A DNA stretch of 64,000 nucleotides from NCBI GenBank assembly GCA_031835245.2, contig JAVKOQ020000108.1:1-64000 (forward strand), given 5' to 3'. Both the position numbers and the translations under genes were made by a program. Positions 13,392 to 23,962 of this stretch are shown piece by piece (within the stretch, counting starts at the first letter, position 1; every line of letters begins with the position of its first letter). The notes under the pieces were generated by a model. The model was not told the DNA's origin and did not search any database. It saw only the letters and a list, made by a program, of their open reading frames with translations. Source of the DNA: Balamuthia mandrillaris (taxonomy: Eukaryota).

Positions 13392-14807
13392 TCAGCCTCT
13401 TCTCTTCATGTAGTTCCGATGATGGGCCTCTTTCTTTCTCTCTTTGGTCACTCCTTTCTCCTTCAGCTTGACCAACTCGTCCTGGGCCATCTTCAGCAGG
13501 GCTGCCACCTTGTTGGCACCCTGCAGCTCCTCCTCGTCCAGCCTCCTCACACTCTCCAACAGCTCGATCTCCTTCTCGTACAAGGCGATGGCCTTGGTGT
13601 TCTTCTCGGAGGAGTTGTAGCCGCCGCCCATCAACTCGTCCAGCTCTTTGTCTATCTCGGCTGTTTGTTGTATGACCGCTTTCACTTGCACCTCCGCGCT
13701 TTGGTTCTGCTCCACCAACGCGGAGTCATTCGTAAATTTGAGCGTCAACGAAGTTGTCACTTTCACCGTTTCTTCTTCTTCTTTTTCTTCGTCTCCTTTG
13801 CCTTCATGCGCTTCTCCCTCCTTTTCGGCCTTGCGGAAGGACAGCTCGCAGAACAAGACCTGCTGTTCATCCTCCCTAACATCCCCACGAACCTCCAGCT
13901 CCACCACCATCGTCCTCACGTTGTCCGCCCTCAAGTCGCCCAAGCGAATGCCCTTCACCAGAGCAGACGAGGAGGAGTCCTCCTGGCCATACACCTTGGT
14001 GACCAGTCCCACTCCCGAGAGGCCGCCTCTCACCTTGAGCACGGCCTCCCTGGCCACGACGTTCATCACAAAGTCCAGCGCAAAGTTGACAAAGTTGGGA
14101 ATGGCGGCAGCCCCCTCGATGAAGAAGTAGGCCCCGTTTCCATGCTCCGCGATGCCTTTCATAAGCTCCTCGTCAAAGTCATCGCCGAGCCCAAAGGCAG
14201 AGACCTGCGTGTTCGTGTTGCTGTCGTCGTAGATCTCGTTGGCCACCTTCTGTTGGATGAGGCGTTTGTCCTGAACGACGCCCTCGTTGACGAGCCCGTC
14301 GGAGAAGAGGAAGAGGCGGGAGCTGTAGCCCGCCCTCTTGTGTTGGGCGAGCAGCTCGGCGCCCCTCTCCAGGCCTCCCCAGAGGTTGGTGCAGCCCTCC
14401 GTCTGGATGCGCTCCACCTGGTGGATGAGGATCTGCCGGCTCTCGGGGTGCTGGAGGTCTGCGTTCTCAAAGACAGTCTCCACGGTGGAGCCGTAGCAGA
14501 CGAGGTGGAGGACGTCCTCGTCATGGAGGCTCTCGATGACCTTGATGATGGCCAGCTTGGCGTTGGCCAGCTTCTGCTTGGCCTGCATGCTGCCGGAGCG
14601 GTCCAGCACGATGGCCAGGTTGAGAGGGAGTCGCAGGTCGCGTTTGCCCTGGGTCTCGGGGAGATGCCCCGTTTGGATTTTGAGCAGCACGTCCAGCCTG
14701 TTGACCACTCCTTTCATGGCGTAGTTGGTGGAGGGAATGGCCTCCAGTTTGACCAAACCCTCGTCGAAGGGAAGAGAGGGGTTGACCCCTTGCGAAGCCA
14801 CCTCCAT
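13392..14807 (-). CDS. von Willebrand factor A domain protein, single exon
   Basis: MIDAS motif LAIVLDRSGSM, then GCTNLWGGL, FLFSDG and FGLGDDFDEELMKGIA. Confidence 0.92.
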   Translation of the reverse strand: MEVASQGVNPSLPFDEGLVKLEAIPSTNYAMKGVVNRLDVLLKIQTGHLPETQGKRDLRLPLNLAIVLDRSGSMQAKQKLANAKLAIIKVIESLHDEDVLHLVCYGSTVETVFENADLQHPESRQILIHQVERIQTEGCTNLWGGLERGAELLAQHKRAGYSSRLFLFSDGLVNEGVVQDKRLIQQKVANEIYDDSNTNTQVSAFGLGDDFDEELMKGIAEHGNGAYFFIEGAAAIPNFVNFALDFVMNVVAREAVLKVRGGLSGVGLVTKVYGQEDSSSSALVKGIRLGDLRADNVRTMVVELEVRGDVREDEQQVLFCELSFRKAEKEGEAHEGKGDEEKEEEETVKVTTSLTLKFTNDSALVEQNQSAEVQVKAVIQQTAEIDKELDELMGGGYNSSEKNTKAIALYEKEIELLESVRRLDEEELQGANKVAALLKMAQDELVKLKEKGVTKERKKEAHHRNYMKRRG

Positions 14808-15297
14808 TGTTTATTTGTCTTTTGTTGTTTTTTTTTTGGTTTGGGCTTTTTTTTAGAAGGCTTTATTTTTTTAGAAAAAAATAAAGGATTGCCTTCGAAG
14901 AAGAAACTTCTTCTCTCTTCTTCTTTTCCTGTAATACTGGGTGCATGGTTTTCTTCTGCTCTTTTTCCTGTTCCATCTCTTCGGTGAACCGCCAGCCCTT
15001 GTAACGACAGTTTTGTGTTTGTTGTCGACTTTCGTGCGTCGACGATAACTCTTTTTTTTTTGAGTGGTCTGACGTCATTAAATTCCTGTTGTCGACACTG
15101 CTATGTCGGGGAAAAATATTTAAGATGACGTCATCTGGTCAGATTAATTGCAGGAAATTCAATAATTCAAGAAATGTTTCCTGGAATTTTTTCACGAAAA
15201 ATTATATCGCAAAAGAAAAAAAAGGGGTCAGGCCACAACAGTACTGATCAGCCAACAAGTAAGCAGACTCTCTCCACCGTAACAACGAATCATCGTC

Positions 15298-16006
15298 ATG
15301 CGCAAGACCAAAGGAGAGAGGAACTTTAACACCTACATCTACAAGGTGCTCAAGCAGGTTCACCCCGACACCGGCATGAGCAAACAAGCCATGCTCATCA
15401 TGAACTCCTTCGTGAAGGACGTGGCCCACCGGATCTTGTTGGAGGTCAACACCCTCTTGGAGCTCAGCGGCGCGAAAACCATCTCCTCACGCGAGATCCA
15501 GACGGCCGTGCGGCTCCTTCTCCCTGGAGAGCTGGCCAAACATGCCGTCTCTGAGGGCACCAAAGCCGTCACCAAGTTCCAATCCTCTCTTGGTGAGGGT
15601 GGCTCGGGTGGTGGCAACCACTCCCAGCGGGCTGGGTTAGAAACATAACTCTCTCTTCTCTCTTCTCTCTTCTCTATCCCTTCTCAACTTCTTTCTTGTT
15701 CTTGCCCTTTCTTGCCCTCCTTTCTTTGTCTTTCTGGCTTTCTTTTCGTTGTGTCTACTGACTTTTGAAATAACCACAACCATAGCCTGCAGTTCCCAGT
15801 GGGTTTGTTACGTTCCTGGCTAAAGGCACACTCCAAGGTTAACGTCGGTACGTTTTTTCAATGCCTTCCATTTCTTCCATTTCTCTCTTTCCCTCTTGGT
15901 TCTTTCTTCGTTGCTTAGCTACTGGTTAACAACAGGCAAAAGCGCTCCCGTTTATTTGGCTGCAGTGCTGGAGTACCTGTCCGCTGAGATTTTGGGTTTG
16001 TTTATC

Positions 16007-16051
<45 letters not shown>

Positions 16052-16333
16052 ATATCTCTATCCCTTCTCAAACAGAACTTTCTGGCAACGCTGCCAGAGA
16101 TAACAGGAAAGCGAGAATTATCCCTCGCCACATTCTGCTCGGTATGCTTCTTTTCCTTTTCGTACTTTTTCTGTCTCTCTCCTGAGCATTTCGTTTCCAA
16201 AGCAATTCGCAATGACGAGGAGCTCAACAAGCTCTGTTTGACGGTGATCATTCCGGATGGTGGTGTCATTCCCAACATTCACGCCGCTCTTTTGCCTCAC
16301 CGTAGCTTTGGTGGCAACGCTTTTGACTACTGA
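15298..16333 (+). CDS. Fused histone H2B-H2A doublet, 218 aa, 5 exons (15298-15635, 15786-15847, 15936-15995, 16076-16141, 16203-16333)
   Basis: H2B core ([14 protein letters not shown]...[30 protein letters not shown]), a Gly/Ser linker, then an H2A core (RAGLQFPVG...[26 protein letters not shown]...[19 protein letters not shown]...GGVIPNIH). All four GT-AG introns are phase-compatible. Confidence 0.93.
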
Positions 16334-16592
16334 TGCTCCTTCCAGCTGGCTGTACAGCCCTTTTTTGTAGACAAACATTGCCTGAGGAGGGCTTTGCTTC
16401 TTGATTTTGGCGACAAAAATAATTCTTGTAGACGTTTTGCCTGAGGAGGAGTTTATTATAATGTCGACATTTTCATTTCAGCAAAAAAAAATATAAAAGT
16501 TACCACACGGAAGCTGGAGTCGAACCCGTGTCTTGCTACGAAAAAAAAAGAAAGACAAAAGAAAGAACACTCTTATTCTATTGGCATTCAAA

Positions 16593-16955
16593 ATGGTACC
16601 ACCACCTTTTTTTTTTGTATTCTTTTCTGTTGTTGTTCTTCTTCTTCTTCTCCTTTTGTCTTGGAAGAGAGAGTCTAAGTAGCCTTTTTTTAACAAAAAA
16701 AAAAACAAAAAACAGGTCTGAGTAACTTGTTGGATTCCCCTGATCTTCTACGCGGGCTACTTCCTCGTCCAGTTTGTGCGCTACTTGTTGGGTTTGGACC
16801 CACCGGCACCGGAACCTCAGCCACAACCTCCACTTCCTCCTTTGGGAAGCAGCGGTGGTGGAGGAGGAGAAGGCGGCCCAGCCCAGCACAACAAACGACA
16901 GCAAACGGAGGACTCGGCAGCTCAACAACTACAGGGGAAAAACAAATGGGACTAA
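16593..16955 (+). CDS. Candidate small membrane selenoprotein, 80 aa, MV-U-VTC (UxxC), C18orf32/DUF4512-like
   Basis: ATG at 16593-16595, intron 16596-16715 (GTAC...AACAG), exon 2 GTC TGA GTA ACT TGT TGG ATT CCC... open to TAA at 16953-16955. In-frame TGA at 16719-16721; SECIS-like element downstream. Confidence 0.75.
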
Positions 16956-17011
16956 AAACGGTTTTAGTCTTTTCCGCTACGTAAACAGGAGGCTCTCTCT
17001 CTCTCTCTCTT

Positions 17012-17130
17012 CTCTTGTTCGCAATGAAGGAGTCCACCCAAAGCCCTTTTTTTTGTTTTTCAACAACACAGTTGAAGGGACGGTGTTCTTCTTGAGCATT
17101 TTTTCTTTCTTTCTTTCTTGAATGAATGAA
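17012..17130 (+). promoter_or_regulatory. Candidate eukaryotic SECIS element (type II-like)
   Basis: ATGA at 17024-17027, 12 nt to AAA at 17040-17042, apical CCC/GGG plus TTCAAC/GTTGAA stem, 3' TGAG at 17093-17096. Helix II pairs AGGAG..CACC with GGTG..TTCTT. Helix I is weak. Confidence 0.65.
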
Positions 17131-17386
17131 TGAAAGGAAGTAGGAGACAAGAAGAAGAAGAGGAGGAGGAAGAGGAGGAGCAGAAGCATGCATGGAAGGA
17201 AGAAAGATGAAGAGCAGCTTTTCCTGTTGAAACAAAAAAACTTTTTTTCTATTTTTTTCTTTCATTTCTTTTTTTGGTAATGTTTCAAGACGACACGAAT
17301 GTCTACAAAAATAAACGGTGGACAAATCCTGAAGCAATCGTGCACGAAACGGAGCCAGCCAAAAAAAAAAAAAGTCGAAAGAAGGA

Positions 17387-18006
17387 ATGCCGCTGTTGCA
17401 CAAGCGAAAGGTCTCTCTGCCGTCCGCTCAGCCGCCCTATCGTTCCACGGAGGAGTACTGGGTGCATCGTGTCACTCGAGAGGTCTTCACCAACTACAAG
17501 TACGTCATTCGATTTTATTTTTTAAAACCCCCAACGAGTCGTAGTTGAATGAAGATGGAATCGATGAATGGGTTCGATGATTGATTAAAATCTATTTTTT
17601 TTTTGGTTCTCTCACTCATTCCCTTTTATTTTTGTTTGTGTTTTTTTAAATCGTGCTACAGAGACTACATCGAACGAGTGGAACTCTATCGGTACAAAAC
17701 CTCCCTTTGCTTCTCTTCTATTTTTTTTTTTTGAACATACATCTGGTTGCTACGTTTTTGATCGATTGTATCCTCACTCACTCACTCACAAATGGTTGAC
17801 GGCATGACGAACGCTCCCTTCAGGCAACCGATATGGACGTGCGAGTACAGCGGGAAGAGCGGAATGACGTACGAGGAGGCGCTGCTGTCGGAGCAGCATT
17901 GCATGCAGCTCGCCTCTGCTCTTCCCAAGCATTATTATCAGGAAGCCTTTCGTGTCATTCATCAGAGTACTGCTTCCTTTGTTTCTCGTTTTCTCTTTCT
18001 CCTTCG

Positions 18007-18037
<31 letters not shown>

Positions 18038-21000
18038 TCTCTTTCACTTTTTCTCTCTTTCTCACTCTCCAACGAAATCCCGTCAAAAACAAAAGATACG
18101 GAAGGTTTAACAGGACTGGTGGACACTCTGTCCAAGCATTTGAAACAAACGTTTGTTACGGGAGAGAGAGTGATGCTGAAGCGTGAAGGACGTCTCGTCA
18201 CCATTCTCAAGCGCATGAGTACCAATAAGAAAACGGCTCTTTATGAAGTAACGACGGAAGAAAATCCGACAGAGTACGAAAACGGAGCAAACGAAAAGGA
18301 GAAGGAGAAAGAGAAGGAAGAAAGGGAGGAAGAGGCAAAGGAAGACAAAATGGAAGAAGAGAAAGGGGAATATGATCCTTTGCTCAATCCACGAAATAAC
18401 AAGAAGTCAACCGCTTCACAAGCAGAGGAACAAACCGAAAAGAAAGAAAAGACTCGATTTCAAGTCTTGCACAAAGAACTTGTGTACGTGTTATTCGTCT
18501 CTATTCTCTCTGTCTCTCTCACTCTTTTACACACGCACTCTCCCTCCTCTATCTCTTTTTAAAAGCTGATAATCAACACAACAAAAAAAGCAAACCGCAG
18601 GCAGTACTGTCTAAAATCACAAAGCCCATCCTTAAACAATTTATTCGGACAGTTGCCAACAAAGAACCTTACGTTGGTGCTCCTGTACGTTTTACTTCTT
18701 GTTATCTTTGATTCTTTACTTCGCTATCTCTTATTCCTAACGTAATTTGATTTATGCTAGTGGTTGATACGAGAAGACATGTTCGACTATGACGAATATC
18801 ATCTCACCAAAGACCTTCCTCCTCACATTGTCACGCTAAGAGAAAAGTATTTACGCAAAGTTCGCAAAAGAGGTTCTACCGAAATGGAAGACGCAGAAAG
18901 CGGGGAGGGAGCATCTGAAGAAGAAAACAGCGAAAACGGTCACGGAAACGGAGATCATGATCCTTTGTTGACGCCATCCAAGAAACAAAAGAAAAAGAAG
19001 AACGCTCCTCCTTCTTATCCAATGGAAGATACTTTGTTGCCGGATGCACTTTCGCGGCAGCCTCCAGTGGCCATTCCTTTGCCGGAATACTTTCCTGACT
19101 TGTTGATGCTGTTTTTCTTTTTCTATACCTTTGGGTAACTGGTTTTTCCTCCTTCTGATTGTTTTGTTTTTTGTTTTGTTTTGTTTTGTTTTGTTTTGTT
19201 TTGTTTTGTTTTGTTTTGTTTTGTTTTGTTTTGTTTTGTTTTGTTTTGTTTTGTTTTGTTTTGTTTTCTCTAATATTCTTTCTGTCATTACAAGGCGACC
19301 ATTGCGACTTTCTCCTTTCTCGTTGGACGAACTCGAAAAAGCGCTTCAAAGCTCTCTCAAACAAAACCTCATTGATGAAATTATGATTTCTCTTCTTCGG
19401 GTACAAAAATCTCCATCTCTTTCTCATCTGTTTTATGTAGATGTTTACCTTTTACTTATGTCTTTGTTTGTATATCAATATTACGAAAGACGATAAATCA
19501 AGATAAAGGCGGTGTGGCAGTAAAGCCAAGAGGTATCACACACTCTTCCTGGCCATCTATTTTGCAGCGAACGTTGAAGCAGATCGCAAGTCGTAGATCG
19601 TTTGCGGATGTTGCTGAGAAAGAAGAAGAAGAAGAAGGAGAAGAAGAAGAGGGAGAAAGCGAACAGGAAGAAGAGGAAGAAGAGGATGGAGAGTCAACGA
19701 AATGGAAAAAGCAACCAAACTTACAAAACGGAGCGAAGAAAGCCAAGACGAAAACTGAACAGAACAAAAAGAATGACGAAGAAGAGGAGGAATCAAGTGA
19801 AGAAGAAGAAGAAGAGGAAAAGGTAGAAGTGGAATCAAGCGAAGAAGATGGAGAAAATAGCTTTAAGACAACGATGAGTGTGTTGAGTAATGCTGGATTT
19901 ACGCTGCTCAGCATGTTCGAAAAGTTGGAGATTCTCTGTTTGCTTTGTCACGCTGCATTGGACTCTTCCGCAATTCGGTTTGTTCCTTCTCCGCAATTCT
20001 TCATCTTTTTTCTGTTATAACTTTGTTTATTCTTATGCGTTATTTTCATTGTGTTATTTTAGAGAATGTATGAACGAAAGTTTGCTCAACGCCAAAGACA
20101 TTCTTAACGAAGACCAAGAGATTAAAGAGAATGCCAAACCAGAGAATGGTGTCAAAGTACTACGAGTTTCTGTCTTTTGTTTATCTTCTTCTCTTTGGCT
20201 TGTTCTCGTTCTCCCGTTCTTATATATCTCTGCGCTCTTCTGTGCATTGTTCTGCTCCTTTTCCCTTCCTTTCTCCTAAGTTGACATCTGATTAAAACAA
20301 ATAGGGCAATGCTATAGAGCGGATGATCGCCAAAGTTCGGTATACCGCTTTAGGCATGGATAGGTTTGTTTCCTCCTTTGCTTTTGTTGTTGTGCTTCTT
20401 CTTTGTTCTTTTGCTCTTCCTTCTTTCATTTTCTTTTCTAACCAAACCCAAAACAGACATTACAATCGTTATTGGCAGTGGAGAGGCCAAAAGATGAACA
20501 TTGGACAACCAAGAGTATATGTCGAGTTTCCGCCATCCTCCACTTCTTCTGGAGACACGTCTGCAACTTCTTCTTCGCCGAAGAGTTCTGTTGAAAAGTC
20601 GACTTGGGGCTATTACGATACCCCTGAACAAGTAAACTCTCCCTTCTTTCTTGTGGTTTCTTGTTGTGTCTTTTCTTTTCATTTCTTTTCATTTCATTTC
20701 TTTTTCTTTTTCTTTTTCTTTTCACTTCGTTTCTTTATTGTCGTTCTTTCTTATCTGTTCCTTCGCACAACAAAGGTGGAACAACTGCTTTCCTTCTTGG
20801 ACGAACGAGGAAACAGGGAGCAAAAACTCAAAGCCAATCTCTTGAAAAAGCGGAGCAAGATCGAAGACGACATGAAGGGCAAGGCCTCTCGGTTCAGCCA
20901 GCAACATCTTCTCGCGATGGGAGAGGTGCGTCGCAGCAGTCGACTGCAGCGGCAACAACATCCTTCCGATGGTTCCATGTCTTCTGCTAGCTCCTCCTCT

Positions 21001-21057
21001 TCTTCCTTGTTGGGAAGTTCAACTCAATACGTTAACCTTTATCGACAACAAAAATAA
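17387..21057 (+). CDS. ACF1/BAZ1/Itc1-like ISWI chromatin-remodelling accessory subunit (WAC, DDT, WHIM domains), multi-exon
   Basis: MPLLHKRK...VTREVFTNY|DYIERVELYR|QPIWTCEYSGKSGMTYEEALLSE (WAC); FPDLLMLFFFFYTFG|LRLSPFSLDELEKAL (DDT); EKLEILCLLCHAALDSSAIR (WHIM1); ALGMDRHYNRYW and WGYYDTPEQVEQLLSFLDERGNRE (WHIM2/3). No PHD or bromodomain seen. Confidence 0.88.
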
Positions 21058-21286
21058 ATAAGATTTTGTGCGCACATAGGCGTTTAGTGGTTGTGTGTGT
21101 TATGTTTCCTTTTCGACGTTCTCTTCTCTCCAAGGAAAAGTCAACCAGAAAGAAATTCCGAGACTTTCCAAATCGCAATAGCACGTGAGGAACTTGTAAA
21201 TTACCAAATATGCGTAAGATATTGTTGCTAGGAGACGCGTGGTTGTTAGGGAAACGTTCACGTGCTACTTTGGTTTTATTTCGCTT

Positions 21287-23962
21287 TTAGGAAATTTTTT
21301 TGTCCATCGATAATTTTCTGCCTCTTGTCGATTTGTTGTTGATCTGCGTCGCTTCCTCCCTCCTTTGGCCATGCTGCTCGTCCATCGAGTGTTGGCGATG
21401 GGCTTGTCCTTTCCTACGAGAGGAGGAACTACCACCTCTCTTTGTTGTTGTTGTTGTTGTTCCTCGTTTCGGTCGGTGTTGTTGTTGCTGTTGTTTGGAT
21501 GATGCTGCGTCTTGTGGCTGTGTTTGTTGGTGCGACGCGGTTGGTTCTGCCTCCGACTTTCGTTTACGGTTGGCTGTCTTTTGAAAGTGAAGGCCAACGC
21601 CCAAGGAAGGCAGCGCTGGAGAGCTCCCGCTGGAGGTGGAGGTGGTGGAGGCCTCGGTGAAGTTGCGCGGCGGGGCCAACGTGCCTTTCAGCTGCCTGAC
21701 AAAGCTACGAAAGCCGCCGAAGCGCTCCTCCTCCACCAGCTCTTGGTGTGGAGTGGGGCTCACGCGCGCCGAGAGCATAAGGTCTGAGGCCGAGATGTTC
21801 AGACGACTCGCTAGGTCTTCTTCCTCCATCGAAGTCGTGAAGGTAGAGAGTTGGGAAGAGAAAGATGGAGAAAAAGCAGGAGCAGGAGAGGAAAGAAGAG
21901 TGGGCGAATGCATCGGATAAGCTGAAGGAGAAGAAGAAGCTAAAGAGTAAAAAGGAGGAGTGTGAGTGGGCGCAAATGTTGAAAAGAGTGGGGATGCGGA
22001 AGAGGGTGAAGGGGGACCAGGCGCGGGCGGTGGTGGAAGTGAAGAAAAGGAGGAGGAAGTAGAGGAAGAGGGCGATGTAAGCTCGTCTGAGTCATCAGAA
22101 GAAGAACAGGAAGGAGGGGAGGTCGGCAGAGTTGTGACTAAAGAGGCAGTGATGGACATATTTTCTAATTCGTTCAGCGTTGCGGTCTGCGGGCTTGCCA
22201 CAGGTCCAGGCAAGAACGCTGAACCAGAAGAAGATGCAGGAGAAGAAGTAGTATGAGGATGAGGAGGTGATTCTCGTTCCCTGAGCATGTTATCAACGGA
22301 ATAGTGCCTCCATTGACCCATCCATCTGCCGCTCTGAGGATGTTGCTCTCTCAATGACGATGAGGATGCAGGAGAAGGAGAAGAGGGAGGCGAAGGAGGT
22401 TGCCGTTTCGGCACAACGGGAAACGTGTTGGAACGAAAGGGCAGGAGCTCTTCCAGAGAGTAGTTAAAGGGAGGGTCTTGCTGGTGGTTGGGCTCCAAGT
22501 CGGCCCCGTCCACGGACCATCGTTGGGGGGTGGGAGGCGTCGAGAGATGACGTTCCTCCCCGTCTTCCAGCCCCATCGCCGTTTCGTTCTCTGTGAGCCT
22601 CTGACGCCTGCTCTCCTCGCCGTGTTGTCGTGGAGGATATGTACAGCGGCGCGACGGAGGGGGAGAAGCCGAAGCAGCAGAGAAACGAGGGTACTTCAGT
22701 GGATGCCGGCGAAGGTGTTGGTGGTGGGGCGAAGTCATGGCAGGGAGGTCCTTTGGGGGCGGTGCGAAATCATGCTGCGAGGAACGGGAGGACGGAACTC
22801 TGCTTTGGTAGTAGAGCGTGCAGGAGGCGGGGGTGCCAGCTGAGGCCGTTGGGGCGCCGCTGTCGAAAGAGGACGAGCCCGCAGAAAAGGACGAAGCGGA
22901 GGAATGGAAGGACTCAGACCCTTGCATCACCATCTTCGAAGAAGTATCCAACAAAGCGGTAGAAGATGAGTCTTGTTCCAGTAGCAGAGGGGTGGTCAGG
23001 AAGGCCCATCCTTCAAACTCGAACCCTCCAGCTGTTGTTGTTGTTGTTTGCTCTTCTTGTTGCTCCTCTTGCTGCTGCTGCTGCTGATGCTGCCTTGGTT
23101 GGTGGGCCCAGCCTCCTGCTCGTTCCCTTTCTCGTTCTCGTTCTTGCTCTTTTCTTCTTTCCCGTTCCTGTTCCTGATCTCTCCTTTTTCCTGTTCCTCT
23201 CAGTACCTCCACCTCCTCCAGCTCCTCCTCCTCCTCCGCCTCGGACCATTCTGACAGCTCGTTCCATTGCGGACGACCCGGTGGACGTCGTCGCCGTCCA
23301 CCGGGTTGCTGCCGCCGAGGAGGGGGAGGAGGAGCAGGTTGTCGATCGATGGCCGCTGGCGTCGCAGTCCTCCTCCTCCTCCTCCTCTCGTCCTCCCTTA
23401 CGGGCGCACCGCTCCCTCTCCTGATGGTGGAAGCGGTGGAGGCGTGGGAGGGAGAAGAGGGAGAAGAGGGAGGAAGGATAGCATGGCTGGAGATGACAGG
23501 TTGGGAGGAAGAAGAAGAAGAGGAAGAAGAAGAGGAGGAGGAGGTTGACCAAAAATGGAGTCGGTCGGCTGAGGATGCCTGGTGATCTTGCGGGTGGTGG
23601 TAGGGGTGGTGGGATGGTGGCCATGATGGAAACGTTGGGGAGGAGGACGAGGAGGAAGCAGAGGGAGCGGATGCAAAAGATGTGGCGGGTGGGGGAGGAG
23701 GAGCAGGGCGAGGGGGATTTCGAGGGGGATGGCTGCCACCGACGATCTGCCCGAGGTAGGAGCGTGGATGGTGGTGACGAGGAGGATGTCGTTGTGGTTG
23801 AGGAGGATGAGAAGCGGCCGTGAAGCCTATCCCCTTGTTGTTGTTGTTGTTTGCATGATCTTCCCTCTCTGCTTCGTGGCGGTGTGGTGGATGTTCGAAA
23901 AAGATGAGGTCTGCGGTAGGATGAGGAAGGGATGCTGCATCTCTGTTATCTGAGCGTTTCAT
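21287..23962 (-). CDS. Large low-complexity Ser/Pro/His-rich hypothetical protein
   Basis: Uninterrupted ORF of about 890 codons with no recognisable domain; both ends uncertain. Confidence 0.6.
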   Translation of the reverse strand: MKRSDNRDAASLPHPTADLIFFEHPPHRHEAEREDHANNNNNKGIGFTAASHPPQPQRHPPRHHHPRSYLGQIVGGSHPPRNPPRPAPPPPPATSFASAPSASSSSSSPTFPSWPPSHHPYHHPQDHQASSADRLHFWSTSSSSSSSSSSSSSQPVISSHAILPPSSPSSPSHASTASTIRRGSGAPVREDERRRRRRTATPAAIDRQPAPPPPPRRQQPGGRRRRPPGRPQWNELSEWSEAEEEEELEEVEVLRGTGKRRDQEQERERRKEQERERERERAGGWAHQPRQHQQQQQQEEQQEEQTTTTTAGGFEFEGWAFLTTPLLLEQDSSSTALLDTSSKMVMQGSESFHSSASSFSAGSSSFDSGAPTASAGTPASCTLYYQSRVPSSRSSQHDFAPPPKDLPAMTSPHHQHLRRHPLKYPRFSAASASPPPSRRCTYPPRQHGEESRRQRLTENETAMGLEDGEERHLSTPPTPQRWSVDGADLEPNHQQDPPFNYSLEELLPFRSNTFPVVPKRQPPSPPSSPSPASSSSLREQHPQSGRWMGQWRHYSVDNMLRERESPPHPHTTSSPASSSGSAFLPGPVASPQTATLNELENMSITASLVTTLPTSPPSCSSSDDSDELTSPSSSTSSSFSSLPPPPAPGPPSPSSASPLFSTFAPTHTPPFYSLASSSPSAYPMHSPTLLSSPAPAFSPSFSSQLSTFTTSMEEEDLASRLNISASDLMLSARVSPTPHQELVEEERFGGFRSFVRQLKGTLAPPRNFTEASTTSTSSGSSPALPSLGVGLHFQKTANRKRKSEAEPTASHQQTQPQDAASSKQQQQQHRPKRGTTTTTTKRGGSSSSRRKGQAHRQHSMDEQHGQRREEATQINNKSTRGRKLSMDKKIS

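Noticed and set aside
13245..14987. 580-aa plus-strand ORF
   Set aside because: Antisense shadow of the GC3-rich VWA gene, with no domain signal.
15896..16333. Separate stand-alone H2A gene
   Set aside because: No ATG precedes the H2A fold; its AGLQFPVG motif is only completed by splicing from the H2B exon.
16578..17403. ORF-track calls over the selenoprotein locus (16578-16928 -, 16690-17403 -, 16727-16984 +, 16774-17121 +)
   Set aside because: They are alternative frames without coherent features. The splice signals and protein pattern support the frame starting at 16716.
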